From Takakia lepidozioides (Eukaryota > Plantae > Bryophyta), in the NCBI GenBank assembly GCA_030704615.1, contig CM060734.1, forward strand, positions 55,490,001-55,554,000: 64,000 bases of DNA, in the 5' to 3' direction. Shown here piece by piece: positions 13,201-24,058 of this stretch (its first letter is position 1; each line of letters begins with the position of its first letter). The notes beneath the pieces were generated by a model. The model was not told the origin of the DNA, did not search any database, and worked only from the letters and a program-made list of their open reading frames with translations. The translations under genes and the position numbers were made by a program.

Positions 13201-13335
13201 TATGAGATCAATAAAAAATGGTTCACAGGAGGAACCAATGGTTACTTGATGTGCCGATTTCTAAATGCTTTCAAACTTTGCCATTGCATTGTACATGCCC
13301 TCTTAAAGGTACCGGACAAGTATGAGTTTGATTTA
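10210..13335. repeat. ~120-bp tandem repeat family in both orientations, with higher-order duplicated blocks
   Basis: GGGTGAACCAAT..TTCCCCT..CAAATGATTTT recurs at ~10213, 10332, 10950, 11070, 11190, 11310, 11430, 11771; diverged inverted copies at 11880-12200 and 12840-13050; block 10645-10960 resembles 12350-12660. Confidence 0.9.
11520..11770 (+). repeat. ~21-22 bp minisatellite
   Basis: Repeated AGCCCCT(C/G)AAAT(T/G)GCAA(T/G)T units. Confidence 0.8.
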
Positions 13336-13336
13336 A

Positions 13337-15180
13337 AGTCACGTTGCATTGGAGAGGGATGTCGGGATACTTTGAGAATTTTGCCACCCAAAATGAACTG
13401 GAAGAGAATTCGAGAGGAGTCCAACGAGGTGACTTTTATTTGTTGTCCCCTTTTCCTTTTTCAAAATACTGTGGCTGATTTTATTCTTGTTGATGCCATC
13501 ATGCTTTATTGTTCTTCCACTTTGTAGAACCTCCACTGCCCAGTGGACGTTGACATTATTGGGGAGTTGGGGTGCAGACGAACAAACTTCTCGCAGCCAA
13601 CTATAAGCCGTATACGGAATCAAATATTTCCTAACGTGGAGGTTCGGAACACATAAAGCATCTTTGCTAAGTGCACAGAATGCGAGATGTTGAAGGACTT
13701 GATCAAGAAGTCAATCAAGAGGAGTTCCGAACAGGTCGCACATAAGCGGGCACTTGATTTGCACTTGAGGCATCAAGAGTCATGTAGAAGGTTGTACCAT
13801 AGCTGGAGGAATGAGTCCGTTATGATTCCGGAGGAGTTCCTGTGTATTATTCACGATAAGATGGATAATAGGAAAACGGCTATTCCGAGGCTACAGACGA
13901 CGAACAAGATGGTCTCGGGATTGGGTCAGTTGCCTGTCTCATTGACAGGAATGGTTACGCACGGACACGGTGATGGAGCTTACGCTCAATTTTCCCTTGA
14001 GTTCTGGAAAGACAATTCAAACTTCACAATCGGGTCGCTGGCTCGGTGCCTGCGCCAACTGAAAAAGCCAACATGCCGGGAATCTAGGAACATTTTCGAC
14101 ACTAAAGTTCAAAATGATTTTTTTGAAACGCTCATGAGAGGTAAATCGAGATTTTCTGGAGGCTCTAAAACCCTGCAGGCCGCACGATAAACATGGTGCT
14201 CGACCACTTCCTAGACGACTTTATTTGCAGATAGACAACTCCTCCAAGGACAATAAGAACAGATGGATGCTTGCTTTCATATCCCTCCTCACTGCAAAAG
14301 ATGTCTTTGAAGAGATCCAGCTTGGTTTTTTCATGGTCGGGCACACCCACGAGGATATTGACGGATTCTTTAGCTATCTCTCGAAGAAGCTAAAGGAACG
14401 CAACACCTACATTCTGCCGGATTTGATGAGGTCATTCATGATATCCCAAGATATGCAATTCATTCCTCAAATCATTCAGGAGGTTTCCGACTTCAAGAAG
14501 TTTGTTAAGGATTGTATTCATGATGGAAAGAAGGCTTTGGTCAAGATCTCAGAGATGCACGTCTTTCGGTTATTTAAGGATGCGGATGGCTGGCCCGTTA
14601 TGAAGTACAAGAAGTCAGCTACTGATTTGGAGTGGCTTCCTACAAACTCCAGCGTTAAGATGTGGAAGTCCAACCCTGATGAGACTCCAAATCTCCCTGA
14701 ATGAGACCCAGATGCCGTTCCAAGAAGACCGATATGGGGAGTTGGGGACGACTCCTCAGAAAAACAGTCATTCATAAAAAATGGTATTAAGAAATACAGA
14801 GATTTTTGGACCAAATGAATGTTGCTTGACGATCATTACCGGGGTATGATGGAACAATATGACCAATACTGGGGAAATATTCTCGCCGAACTTGATAAGC
14901 CAATGCAGGACATTCCGGGTCGTATTCAGCTTCTTGAGGGATTTTGGCCGAAAACAAATTGGTCCTCAAACCATCGGAGGGATGGCATCCAGCCACAGAT
15001 ATTGGAAGATATGGAAGATGAGGATGAAGTTCCAGAACCTTACTGTGGCCCTAGGTGCGAGCGTCCAAGGATACCCTTGAATCCGTTCAAGGATATTGAG
15101 AAAGGGTTTTTTGTGCTCGTTCGCCCTCATGACCCAACGACGTGCCCGGTCTGGATGGGAATTGTCACGGACACAGCCCA
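13337..15180 (+). pseudogene. Sola-like DDE/D transposase pseudogene, truncated at both ends
   Basis: FAKCTEC..LK with downstream His pair, IIHDKMD, LQIDNSSKDNKN, FFMVGHTHEDIDGFFS; probable intron 13430-13529; frameshifts and stops. Confidence 0.7.
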
Positions 15181-15767
15181 GAAGAACTTACCAGGAGTAA
15201 ATACCAGAAATTACCAAGTTACCATGTTACCGAAAGTTACCATGACTTATCGTAATTCACCATGATCTACCATGATTCACCATTACTTACTAAGTTACCG
15301 GGAGTTTATCAAATTACCAAAAGTAACTTGGGAAACTACTCAAGAAGCTTCCTTTGGAGGAAACTTCTCCATCAAGATACCTCCTTTGTTTAAGAAAGCT
15401 TCTCCATCAAGAAACCTTTGTTTAATCTTGGAAACTTCTCCAGCAAGAAACCTTCATAAGGGAAGCTTCTTGGGGAAGCTTCTTAGTAGCCAGTATATAT
15501 AGGAGGCGAGACTGAACACTCTTCAGTCTCGCCAACATCAGTTCAAGCTACTCTTGTTTCCAGTATCTGGTACTCCAGTCCAGTTTCCAGCATTCTAGTA
15601 TTCCAGTCATGTTCCAATATCTTGTACTCTTGTTCATTGTTATAAAAATCATCTTGATTCTTATTTACTCATCGTGCATTCGGCCACGCCGACCTTGACT
15701 TCTTGTCTAGCATTGTACCTCTAGTTTTATCTCTTGTTTGTGTTCAGTTATGTTCTTGTCCTTGACA
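15181..15767 (+). repeat. 5'-truncated 5' LTR of the Tcn1-like chromovirus
   Basis: TATATATA 15494-15501, ends TGACA at 15767, directly followed by PBS and gag. Confidence 0.8.
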
Positions 15768-15769
15768 GT

Positions 15770-15780
15770 TTGGCGAGACT
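15770..15780 (+). promoter_or_regulatory. Self-priming PBS
   Basis: TTGGCGAGACT is the exact reverse complement of AGTCTCGCCAA at 15525-15535, ~30 nt after the start of the TATA box. Confidence 0.85.
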
Positions 15781-15805
15781 AAAATTTGTTCTTTAGTTAG
15801 TTAAA

Positions 15806-16247
15806 ATGGAAGGCACATTTGTGGAAATGGTCACCACATTGCAGAGTCTTCAGCTCCAGATGCAAGAACTTCGTACATCTACCGCCCAATTGCAAACTGA
15901 TCAGTCTCAAGATCTTGGCAACGCTCTCCACAATTTGCAGCAATAAATTTCAGAGTTAAAGGAGTCGAACAATGGATCTTCAACCATACGAGTCCCTATT
16001 GCAACAACTCATACTGCAACGGTTCATCTTCAACAGATTACGAGAGAACCAAAGATCAGCATGTCCGAGAAATTTGATGGGACGAGATCAAGATTTCGCG
16101 GTTTTGTTCAACAAATACGACTGTTCCTACGACTACATCCACAACGCTACCCCGATAAAGGTATTCAAGTGGGATTTGTGGGCACCCTTCTATCAGGCAC
16201 TGCCCTATCTTGGTTTGCACTGCTATTAGAAAAAAATTCGCATTTAC
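15806..16247 (+). pseudogene. N-terminal half of chromovirus gag (capsid, PEG10/RTL1-like)
   Basis: SEKFDGTRSRFRGFVQQIRLFLRLHP...LLSGTALSWFALLLEKNSHL joins through the TSD to LYNFEAFMSEFTATFGE on the minus strand from 7467. Confidence 0.9.
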
Positions 16248-16469
16248 CAGGGTTGCACACGTCACTGACGTCACGTCGGACCTGACGCTGACGCGACCAA
16301 CGTCGCGTCAGTTTTGCCGAAAAATCAGTAAAACATGAATTAGATGAAAAATATGCCACGTAGGTGGACACGTTATATTCCAAGCGACACCTTGGCAAGT
16401 GAATGAATTGTTTTATAAATTACTTCATCCGCCAATAGTTGAGGTCATTTTTAAATCATTATTGTTAAA

Positions 16470-16845
16470 TTGGTGTGACCTCCAAATGGTGGTGGTCGCA
16501 GAATTTATCTTATTTTTTAATAGTTGTGACCACCAGCAAAGGGATTGTCGGAACATTTTTTGTTTTTTAAAAATAGATGCAACCACCAGCCGGGGTGGTC
16601 ACATTTTTTTCTTTTCTTAAACAGTTGCGACCACCGCTAATGGTGGTCGCACAATTTTTATTTTATTTATAATAGGGCGACCACCATAGGGGGGTGGTCG
16701 CAACATTTTTCTATTTTTTAATATATATTTTTCTGTTTTTCTTATAGGTGCGACCACCAGCAGGGGGGTGGTCGCAGAAATTTAATGGGTGCGACCACCA
16801 GCATAGGAGTGGTCGCAGAAAATTTCTATTTGTTTAATAGGTGCG
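16470..16845 (+). repeat. Second palindrome array (about 7 units), broken mid-unit at 16845
   Basis: Same (T/G)GCGACCACC..GTGGTCGCA units as 7695-8220; last unit stops after AATAGGTGCG. Confidence 0.9.
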
Positions 16846-17342
16846 GGGATAAATGAGAAATACGAAATTGACAACTCACAACTACATAAATTAAATAATA
16901 CATCTATTTTTTATTTTTCTACATTGTTTATATGTAAAGTGTTTGATTTGATAATTTTCCATTTGAATTGGGTAAAGATGACTAAACCATTGGCTCGATA
17001 TTGAAGTTTAATCAAAACAACAAATTTTTTAAATAAAGATTCAGTATATTACTGTCACAAATTTTTTATTTGATAAGAACAAAAGTATCTATGAATTGAT
17101 GTTAGCATTTGTATGCAACAAATGAGAACTCATGTTGCATATCCATCTAATCGACTTCTCAAGCTTCAATGCTGTTAGTGGATTCTTACAACTACCAATG
17201 TCTGCATGTGCCATCAATATTGGATCAAAATCTGTGGATTTGGCATAGATTTTACATTGAATGTATAAACAACGCCCAAGGGTTCGATTCAATGTTGACT
17301 TTAAGTTTATTTCGCGATGAATTTTCCGATTCAAAATTTGAG

Positions 17343-17620
17343 ATGTTGAGCAGGTAGCCCAGTGGTTGGGTGTTTGTGCCTTGCCTGTGCATAACCTAGG
17401 TGATCCTGGGTTCAATCCTTCAACATGTGCCTTCAGACCGTCCATTGGGCCCTCGATGGCCTGTGTTGAGCAGTAGGCTCTGTAAATTCACTGGACGTTC
17501 AAGAATCTTTATCTTTAGTCGTCCACTACGGCCAGTAGGTAGAAATAGCGTCTCCCTTAATCGTCCACTACGGCCAGTAGCCGGCTGACCTCTGCATGAA
17601 TGGGAAGCTGCCACGTAGGC
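17343..17620 (+). mobile_element. tRNA-derived SINE-like element
   Basis: A-box TAGCCCAGTGG 17355-17365, B-box GGTTCAATCC 17409-17418, flanking stem ATGTTGA/TCAACAT, then a 20-bp direct repeat at 17519 and 17561; 3' boundary uncertain. Confidence 0.55.
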
Positions 17621-18125
17621 AAGAGACGAGGACGGGGGCATAGTGGAAGACAATTTTAGTATTGGAGCTGGCCTACCTCGCTTGAAAGGAAGCCGCTGCA
17701 TGAAAGTCGATACTAGTGAAGGTCTAAAGTTAACTCGTACGATCAGAGTTAAATATGTAACCTTTGGATTCAATACTAGTTAAGGGGGTGAAGGAAACTT
17801 GTGTACACATCATGATTAGTAAATTTCGTCAATTGGTAGATCAGGGGCCTGTGTATATTATCAAACCTGGTAAAGCTTCAACGCATTCAAAACATTCATT
17901 CAGTCATTTACAAAGATTGTCTTTTGCACCTGCACATCAGGCTATCCCACTAACTATACTGGAAAATTGGGCTTGATCTAATTGATACTAAAATCGCCTA
18001 GCCATACAGCCAATTCTGAACACTCGAACAGAAACCAAGCTTATCAGATCTCTCTGTTGTTCAAACCTCAAATGCAAGCTCGCCTAAGTTGCCCTAAGTT
18101 GCCCTACATCAGCTCTCCAGCTCAA

Positions 18126-20361
18126 TCAGCAAGTGATCAAGCGTCCATCAATGAGACATAGGGATTTAGGAGGTGGAACTACGCTGTTGAGATAAACTTG
18201 GGCTTTTATCACAGAATTCCGCACATGAAACCCGGGAGTAGTCATAAAAGCGACCTTCTGCGACCGTTTCTCGTGATCTTCCACCGGAACAATAGAGTCC
18301 AGGAACTCGCCATTGAATGGTGTATCACGTCCAACCCTGAATATGCTTGCAGGCGGCTCAAAGGAGAACGCCAGTTTATGGACCAGCCACACTGCCCTGG
18401 CAACTTCTACAAACGTTTCAAAGAAATGGTTATTTGCTGGTTTCTTCCCCTGCGAGATTTCTGCCCAGAGTTGCGAATTTCCAGGCATTGCGGTTTGTAG
18501 GTCGTTGGAAATGACTTGCACAAGCTTTCTCGTAATGAACTCTCCAAACCGTCCCTCCCAATATGTTGGGCTCGTTAATTTGTTTTGTGTCATTTCTTGA
18601 TAGCTGGGAAAACAGTCAGCTCGGTGTTTCTTTGTATCCAAGGCCACACACATATTAAATGGATCCACTTCAAAAAACTCATTCTCAAAGCCCTTGAACA
18701 TATGAAAGCATGTCCACCACTCCCAAACATGCTTGAGATGAATATTCCTTGCGAAATGGACTCCAGGAAGACAGTTCACTAAAAGGCAAGCTTCCATGTG
18801 CGACGTCATGCGATCATTTTCTCTCAGCTTCTGACCGAGAAGCCTCGTAAAAGTCTTCACGGCGATCTGCACTTTTTTGATACCGTCCTCCAGCATACCT
18901 AGCCTGGATTGGCATGAGCATCGATGTAGGAACCACTTGTGACGGACTGACTGGCAGTCTTGCGCTCAATCTGCTCCATCTGCCACTCCAACTTTTGATC
19001 TTTCTTGGAGGTCAATTGGCTATTGCACATCTTCAGGGTTTCAACCTCTTTAACTTTCGCGTCCAGACTTATCGCCAAGGTTCTGCAGTTCCTTATCACG
19101 AGCTTCTATGTCCTTGTTTAGCCGACTGACTTCCGCTTCCACCTTTCCACTCTTCGCATTTAAAGTTTGAAGAGCCTCAGTTTGCTGTGTATATCTGCTG
19201 GCCGATTCCTTTTCACTCTGTTCAAGCACAGAGACCTTCATCGTTGCGACAGAAAGAGCTGCAAGATTCGTTTCAAGCTCTTTCTCCCTCAAGACAACTT
19301 TGAGCTTCAAGCTTTCGTGTTGCTTCTGCAGCCATGTCAGTAACATAGCAATCAGAGAGCTGTTGAACCGATGATCGGGTTCAGGTGCTCCAGGAGTTTG
19401 TGTCAAAAGGATAGTTGCAAGACTGGAAGCTATTTTAAACCCACATGCCCTCGATAAGTTACTGGAACGTTCTCCATGGTCGACCATTTCACAATCTGGT
19501 CTCCCTGTCAAAGGATCATTCTGCTGTCTGTGAGTAACTGAATATGGGGCTATAGCAGGTCCCGTGTCGATGTTGCAGATGACCAATTCATCAATCGTAA
19601 AAGCATTGTCGGGTTCTTCTGTCTGTTCGGTGGAGGCCTTTTTCTGGTTTCTCGGCCCCCCAGAATATCTCTGTCTAAGGCTTTCAACCTTTCTCTGCAG
19701 GTCACACATCAACAAGAAATTCGGAAACTCTGATCTTAGACGATCTGTGCACTAGGACATATGACTTGGATAGCAATATATATATGTTTTTTAAAAGCAA
19801 TAGACTCTAATCCTGGGTCTAGGCAGGTCTGGATTGAGGGCGTGTGTTAAAACAAAACTCTATTGCTCAATCTACAGAGTTTTCCGGGAATACATTACTT
19901 TGTACATGTATGTGCATGTAGAAGATGCACTAAATGTACTTCCCGGCGATATTCAGCTGTCGTGCAGTAGCTTGAGTACATGTAAAGAGCGTTCAATGTC
20001 ACCGCTCGATTGTATATGCATGCTCGAAATTATAGTGTTCAGCCGCATTAGGTCATCAGCTCTGAACTTCATGTGTCTAGAGTTTAGCTTGGTTAGAGCT
20101 TGGTGCATTCAACGTTCGGGGAAGATGTTCATAGGGCTTCTAAGTGCTTGGTTATAGTTCGGCGAGTACCTCAGCAGTATTCTCATGAGAGAAGACACAA
20201 TCTAAATTAGAATTTGCAGACGTATCGAACGTCAGTGCGTTGACATGGACCACTGCTCTCATGCTCAGCGGCTGCTGGGAGCTGGCGAACTCTGAAGTGG
20301 CTGTGCTGCTTGTCCGTTTGCTTCCTCCCATACCCATGGACTCGCGATCTCCTGGCTGCAT
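18126..20361 (-). pseudogene. IRK-interacting protein / GIL1-like coiled-coil gene with two frameshifts
   Basis: C-terminal motifs FVEVARAVWLVHKLAFSFEPPASIFRV and AFMTTPGFHVRNSVIKAQVYL; predicted phase-0 intron 20169-19752; frame breaks near 19090 and 18899. Confidence 0.8.
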
Positions 20362-21995
20362 CTACAGAATACCTTCATGCAGAAATGATAATTTTAGTTG
20401 AAGATTCCATATTGATCTGAAGAAATTGATTTCAGAAGATGCTATCTAGAGGTAGCCCAGCCAAATTGGTACCACTATTCTAGCTGGGATGTAATGTGCA
20501 TGTACTATAGAACTTTCACGTACGGACGAGTAAGATCCCAGGTCTCTTGCTGCTAGCAGTTGGACATGATCTACTCTTATTTAATAGCTAGCGTCTCTTA
20601 CTGAGAAGCAGGACTTCAGGCAATTGCGAACATTCTAACACCAGTACTGAAAAGTGTCTGAAAAATCTTACGACTTCAGCACTACACAGATATCAGGGTG
20701 ATGGATAAGTGAGATCAACTGCATTAGGATGAGAACGAGGACCAGCTTGCAAGTAGAGAACAACAATCAGTTCTGGCAGCAGACATACAAGGTTGATCAA
20801 TGCCAATGTCCAGATCTTGATCAGTCAGTGCGTGACGAAGAAAGACGTAATGGCAGGGATCATCCTTTCAAGCCTCCTTTTAGCCGGCCCCTGGAGCTCA
20901 GAAAGGTGTTAACTAGTACGGCGTGAAAGGTTGTCAACTTTGCTGCCATCGCCAGAAGCCCTTGAGAGCACTCATTGCAGTTTTGGAACACTAATTCGCT
21001 GACGGGATCAAATGCGGCGGCTTACGGCGCCTCACTTTGCAGCATCATCTTTTCACTTCCGTCTATTTAGAAGGCAATGGGTTCGAGTACATTGCCTATT
21101 GATCGTGTACGTCCTCGCTATTGGCAACTGATCAGCATCCATCTTCCCCTCACGATTGAGACGCAGCTGGGATCACCTTCCAAAGTTCCACTCGACCCTA
21201 ACTAGCTAGCCCGCCCAATGATTTCCTCGAGAGAAAGATTTCGTTCACATCATCATCAGATCTATTCCCAGTGAGTATTTATGATTGCGAATCCGGGTAC
21301 ATTGTATCATCTGCGCCGCTAAAGAGCGAACGTACAAGTTATATAATTATGTACAATGCCTCGGCCGCCGATGTCCAGACGCCTCACGATCGCCAGCCAA
21401 ATGTGGGCTGCAACATCGTGTCAACTCGTGTGAGTAAGATCAGATAGTATCAGGGCCTCTCAATATGTCGGGCATGCCCGTATACTGATTTGAGCACATT
21501 GCATAATTTCATAAACTTTTGTGAGGTCGCAACTCTTGGAGTGGGAATTTCAATAACTCGATTCAAACACGTTCGGGTGAACTTTGACTTGTAATGATAG
21601 GACGCCTGTAACTTGAAAGAAAATTTTCCCGGGCCCCATTTGATTCCTGGAAAGGCTGCTAGGGCACTAAGTAATTGGAGAGGAACAGCTGCTAAGGTCT
21701 GAAGTCACAAGTTTTAATCACGAGTATGTACATGTACCTTTCTCTGCTGTCCTATCCGGGTAACAATCATGTGCAGCGACCACTGCAGCTAGGTCCATTG
21801 CATGCACCAGATAGCTTCATGTAAGTTCTTCAGGTGCACATACTTTCAGAGCTAATCCACAGAGAAGAACCGTAAGACCCAAGTCCTAGCAGCGGGTGAG
21901 TGCAGAGGGTTCTGAGCGTCCTCGTCGATCGTTAGAACCATTCAGAGGGCAGAAAGGATTCGATCGATCAGAGTGAAGAGTGTGGTAGTTAGATC

Positions 21996-24058
21996 ATGGC
22001 CGATCTGGCTATGATAGAAGATGCAAAGGTGAGAGTGGGGCTAGACTTTGGAACAACGTATTCCGGATTTGCGTATGCTCTGAGGTCGGAGCCTGAAAAG
22101 ATCTACACATTCTATGACTGGCCTTTGCAGGCTCGCTGTGGAGGCCTGCCATATTGCAAAACTCAGACCAGTTTATGGTACATGCCTAGTCCCACTCCCG
22201 GCTCCTACGAGCTCCGCGACTGGGGATGGCCTGCGTTTTTCAACTACAATCTGCACACAGCAAGCTCTCTGAGCGGCCAGTTATCGAGAGCGACTCAAGT
22301 TTCGACGAGCCAACTAACTAACGCTTTCGAAAGAATCAGTCTACAGGCTGCTCGTAGCGCCAATCCCCGCGCAGATGTAAGTCATGTGCTGTCCTCCGGC
22401 CACTTTCTCACCAAATTCAAGTGTCCGAGCTTATTCTGGAAGAGTTGCAGAACAAGTTTGGTCCTCACATAATGAAGGAAGACATCCAGTGGTGTCTCAC
22501 TGTTCCCGCAATATGGGATGACCATGCCAAGAAGCAAATGAAAATCTGTGCCGAAATTGCTGGATTGGTTCAGGGCCCACGCTGTCGAGCAATAAGCAGG
22601 AGCCCTCACCCTCTGAAGATTGTGTTGGAACCAGAGGCAGCATCCGTTTACTGTCAGCTCAACCTGAGCAGTAATCACCACTGGAGTATGGGAAACAAGT
22701 TCATGGTGGTAGATGCTGGCGGCGGCATGGTGGATATCGTTCTTCACGAGAAGTTCGGTCCTGCATCAAGTCTGAATGTCAGGGAGCTGAAACAGAGCAC
22801 TGGCGGGCTATGCGGTGGAACTTATGTCGATGAGGCTTTCTTTGCTTTTCTTGAACGCCAGATCAGTTGCTTTAAGAAATTCGCTAAGGAAAACCCATCA
22901 GCGAAGATATCTCTCTTGCAATCATGGCAGACAATCAAATATGAATTTGACGGAGAGCAGGCTGGATTTGATTTGGAGCTCCCTCCCAGGCTTGCATCGA
23001 TGTGGGACGTTCCTAGGACGAAATTGACCTCACCAACGGAGTAATGAAGAGAATTTTTGATCCAGTCATAAAGCAGATTCTCGATCTCATTGATCACAGC
23101 ATGGTGTGTGACCTCAATGCCCTCATGGTCGTTGGAGGATTCTCAGAGTCCCCCTATCTCATGAAAAGAATCAGGGAGAGATTTCTCAAGAAGAGTTACA
23201 ACGATTGTGAGCCCTCATAATCCCGGTAGCTCTGTCTGCTGTGGTGCGGTCACATTGGGCATTCGTGCCAACGTTGTCCCCAGTCACCGCGAACGGAAAA
23301 CGAGTTCACAAAATCAATTCTTGAAAACGTCAGAAACGGGCGTTCTCATAGAAGAGGAAATTGGAAAACGTAACAGAAAACGGCATGAGCATCGAACGTA
23401 GTTGCCTGATTTCGACAGAATCTGTTGTAGCAGGGCTCTAGGGTTTGTTGCCCGATTTTTCATCCAGTCAAATTTTGGATGAAAGAATTATCATCCAAAC
23501 CTAAAACGTTTTCCCTACGTTTCTTTTTTTTTTCAGCAGGAAAGTCAGAAACGACGTTCTCATTAGTCTCTCAGGACGTTCACGGTGACCGGGACGTTGT
23601 CGTGTCCAGAATCTCAAGAAAGACATTTGGCGTTAGAATATCCAGCCCTTTCAAACATGGCACTCATCGAAAAGAGTATCAGTTCACCAACGATATTTCT
23701 GGACTCGACTACTGTCAACCTGTTTTCCGTGTTTGTGAAGACAGGAGATGAGGTTCCAGTGAACCACACTGTGACCCAGAATCTACGTCCATGCAGCAAA
23801 CACCAGACCATCGTACGTATTGAGCTGTACTCTACAACTAGTAGGGATCCAGTCTATGTCACTGACCCTGGAGTTGTCAAAGAGGGGAGTTTCTCAATGA
23901 GCATTACAAGCCATGCAGCTCTTGGTGTGCTACCACGTATTGCAGTGTCAATGTATTTTGGCCGCTCTGAAGTTCAAATTGAAGCTGTGGGAACAACCTT
24001 TGGTAGCGGTGAGAAAAAAAGCATGCTTCCTGTGAAGTTTGATAGAGACCTTGTGTAG
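21996..24058 (+). pseudogene. HSPA12-like atypical Hsp70 (actin-like ATPase), disrupted
   Basis: VGLDFGTTYSGFAY, WCLTVPAIWDD, LEPEAASVYC, VVDAGGG, GGLCGGTYVDEAF, VVGGFSESPYL; frame breaks near 22421, 23040, 23200, 23714, plus a MITE insertion. Confidence 0.9.
23279..23593. mobile_element. 315-bp MITE with 8-bp TSD
   Basis: TSD ACGTTGTC at 23271-23278 and 23594-23601; TIR CCCAGTCACCGCGAACG / CCCGGTCACCGTGAACG; removal restores IRANVVVSRISRKTFG. Confidence 0.93.

Larger units (their letters stand above)
7468..16845. mobile_element. Large TIR DNA transposon inserted in chromovirus gag; second end now inverted (16248-16845)
   Basis: Target duplication GCATTTAC at 7460-7467 (-) and 16240-16247 (+); ends TATAGTTGCA (7468) and CAGGGTTGCA (16248); both followed by an ACGT-rich block and the same palindrome array. 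Confidence 0.85.

Noticed and set aside
10588-13527. Short ORFs in the 120-bp repeat region
   Set aside because: Repeat-derived with no protein motifs, except the end of 13159-13527, which overlaps a transposase exon
17343-17427. Functional tRNA gene
   Set aside because: A/B boxes are present but no convincing anticodon arm or canonical cloverleaf
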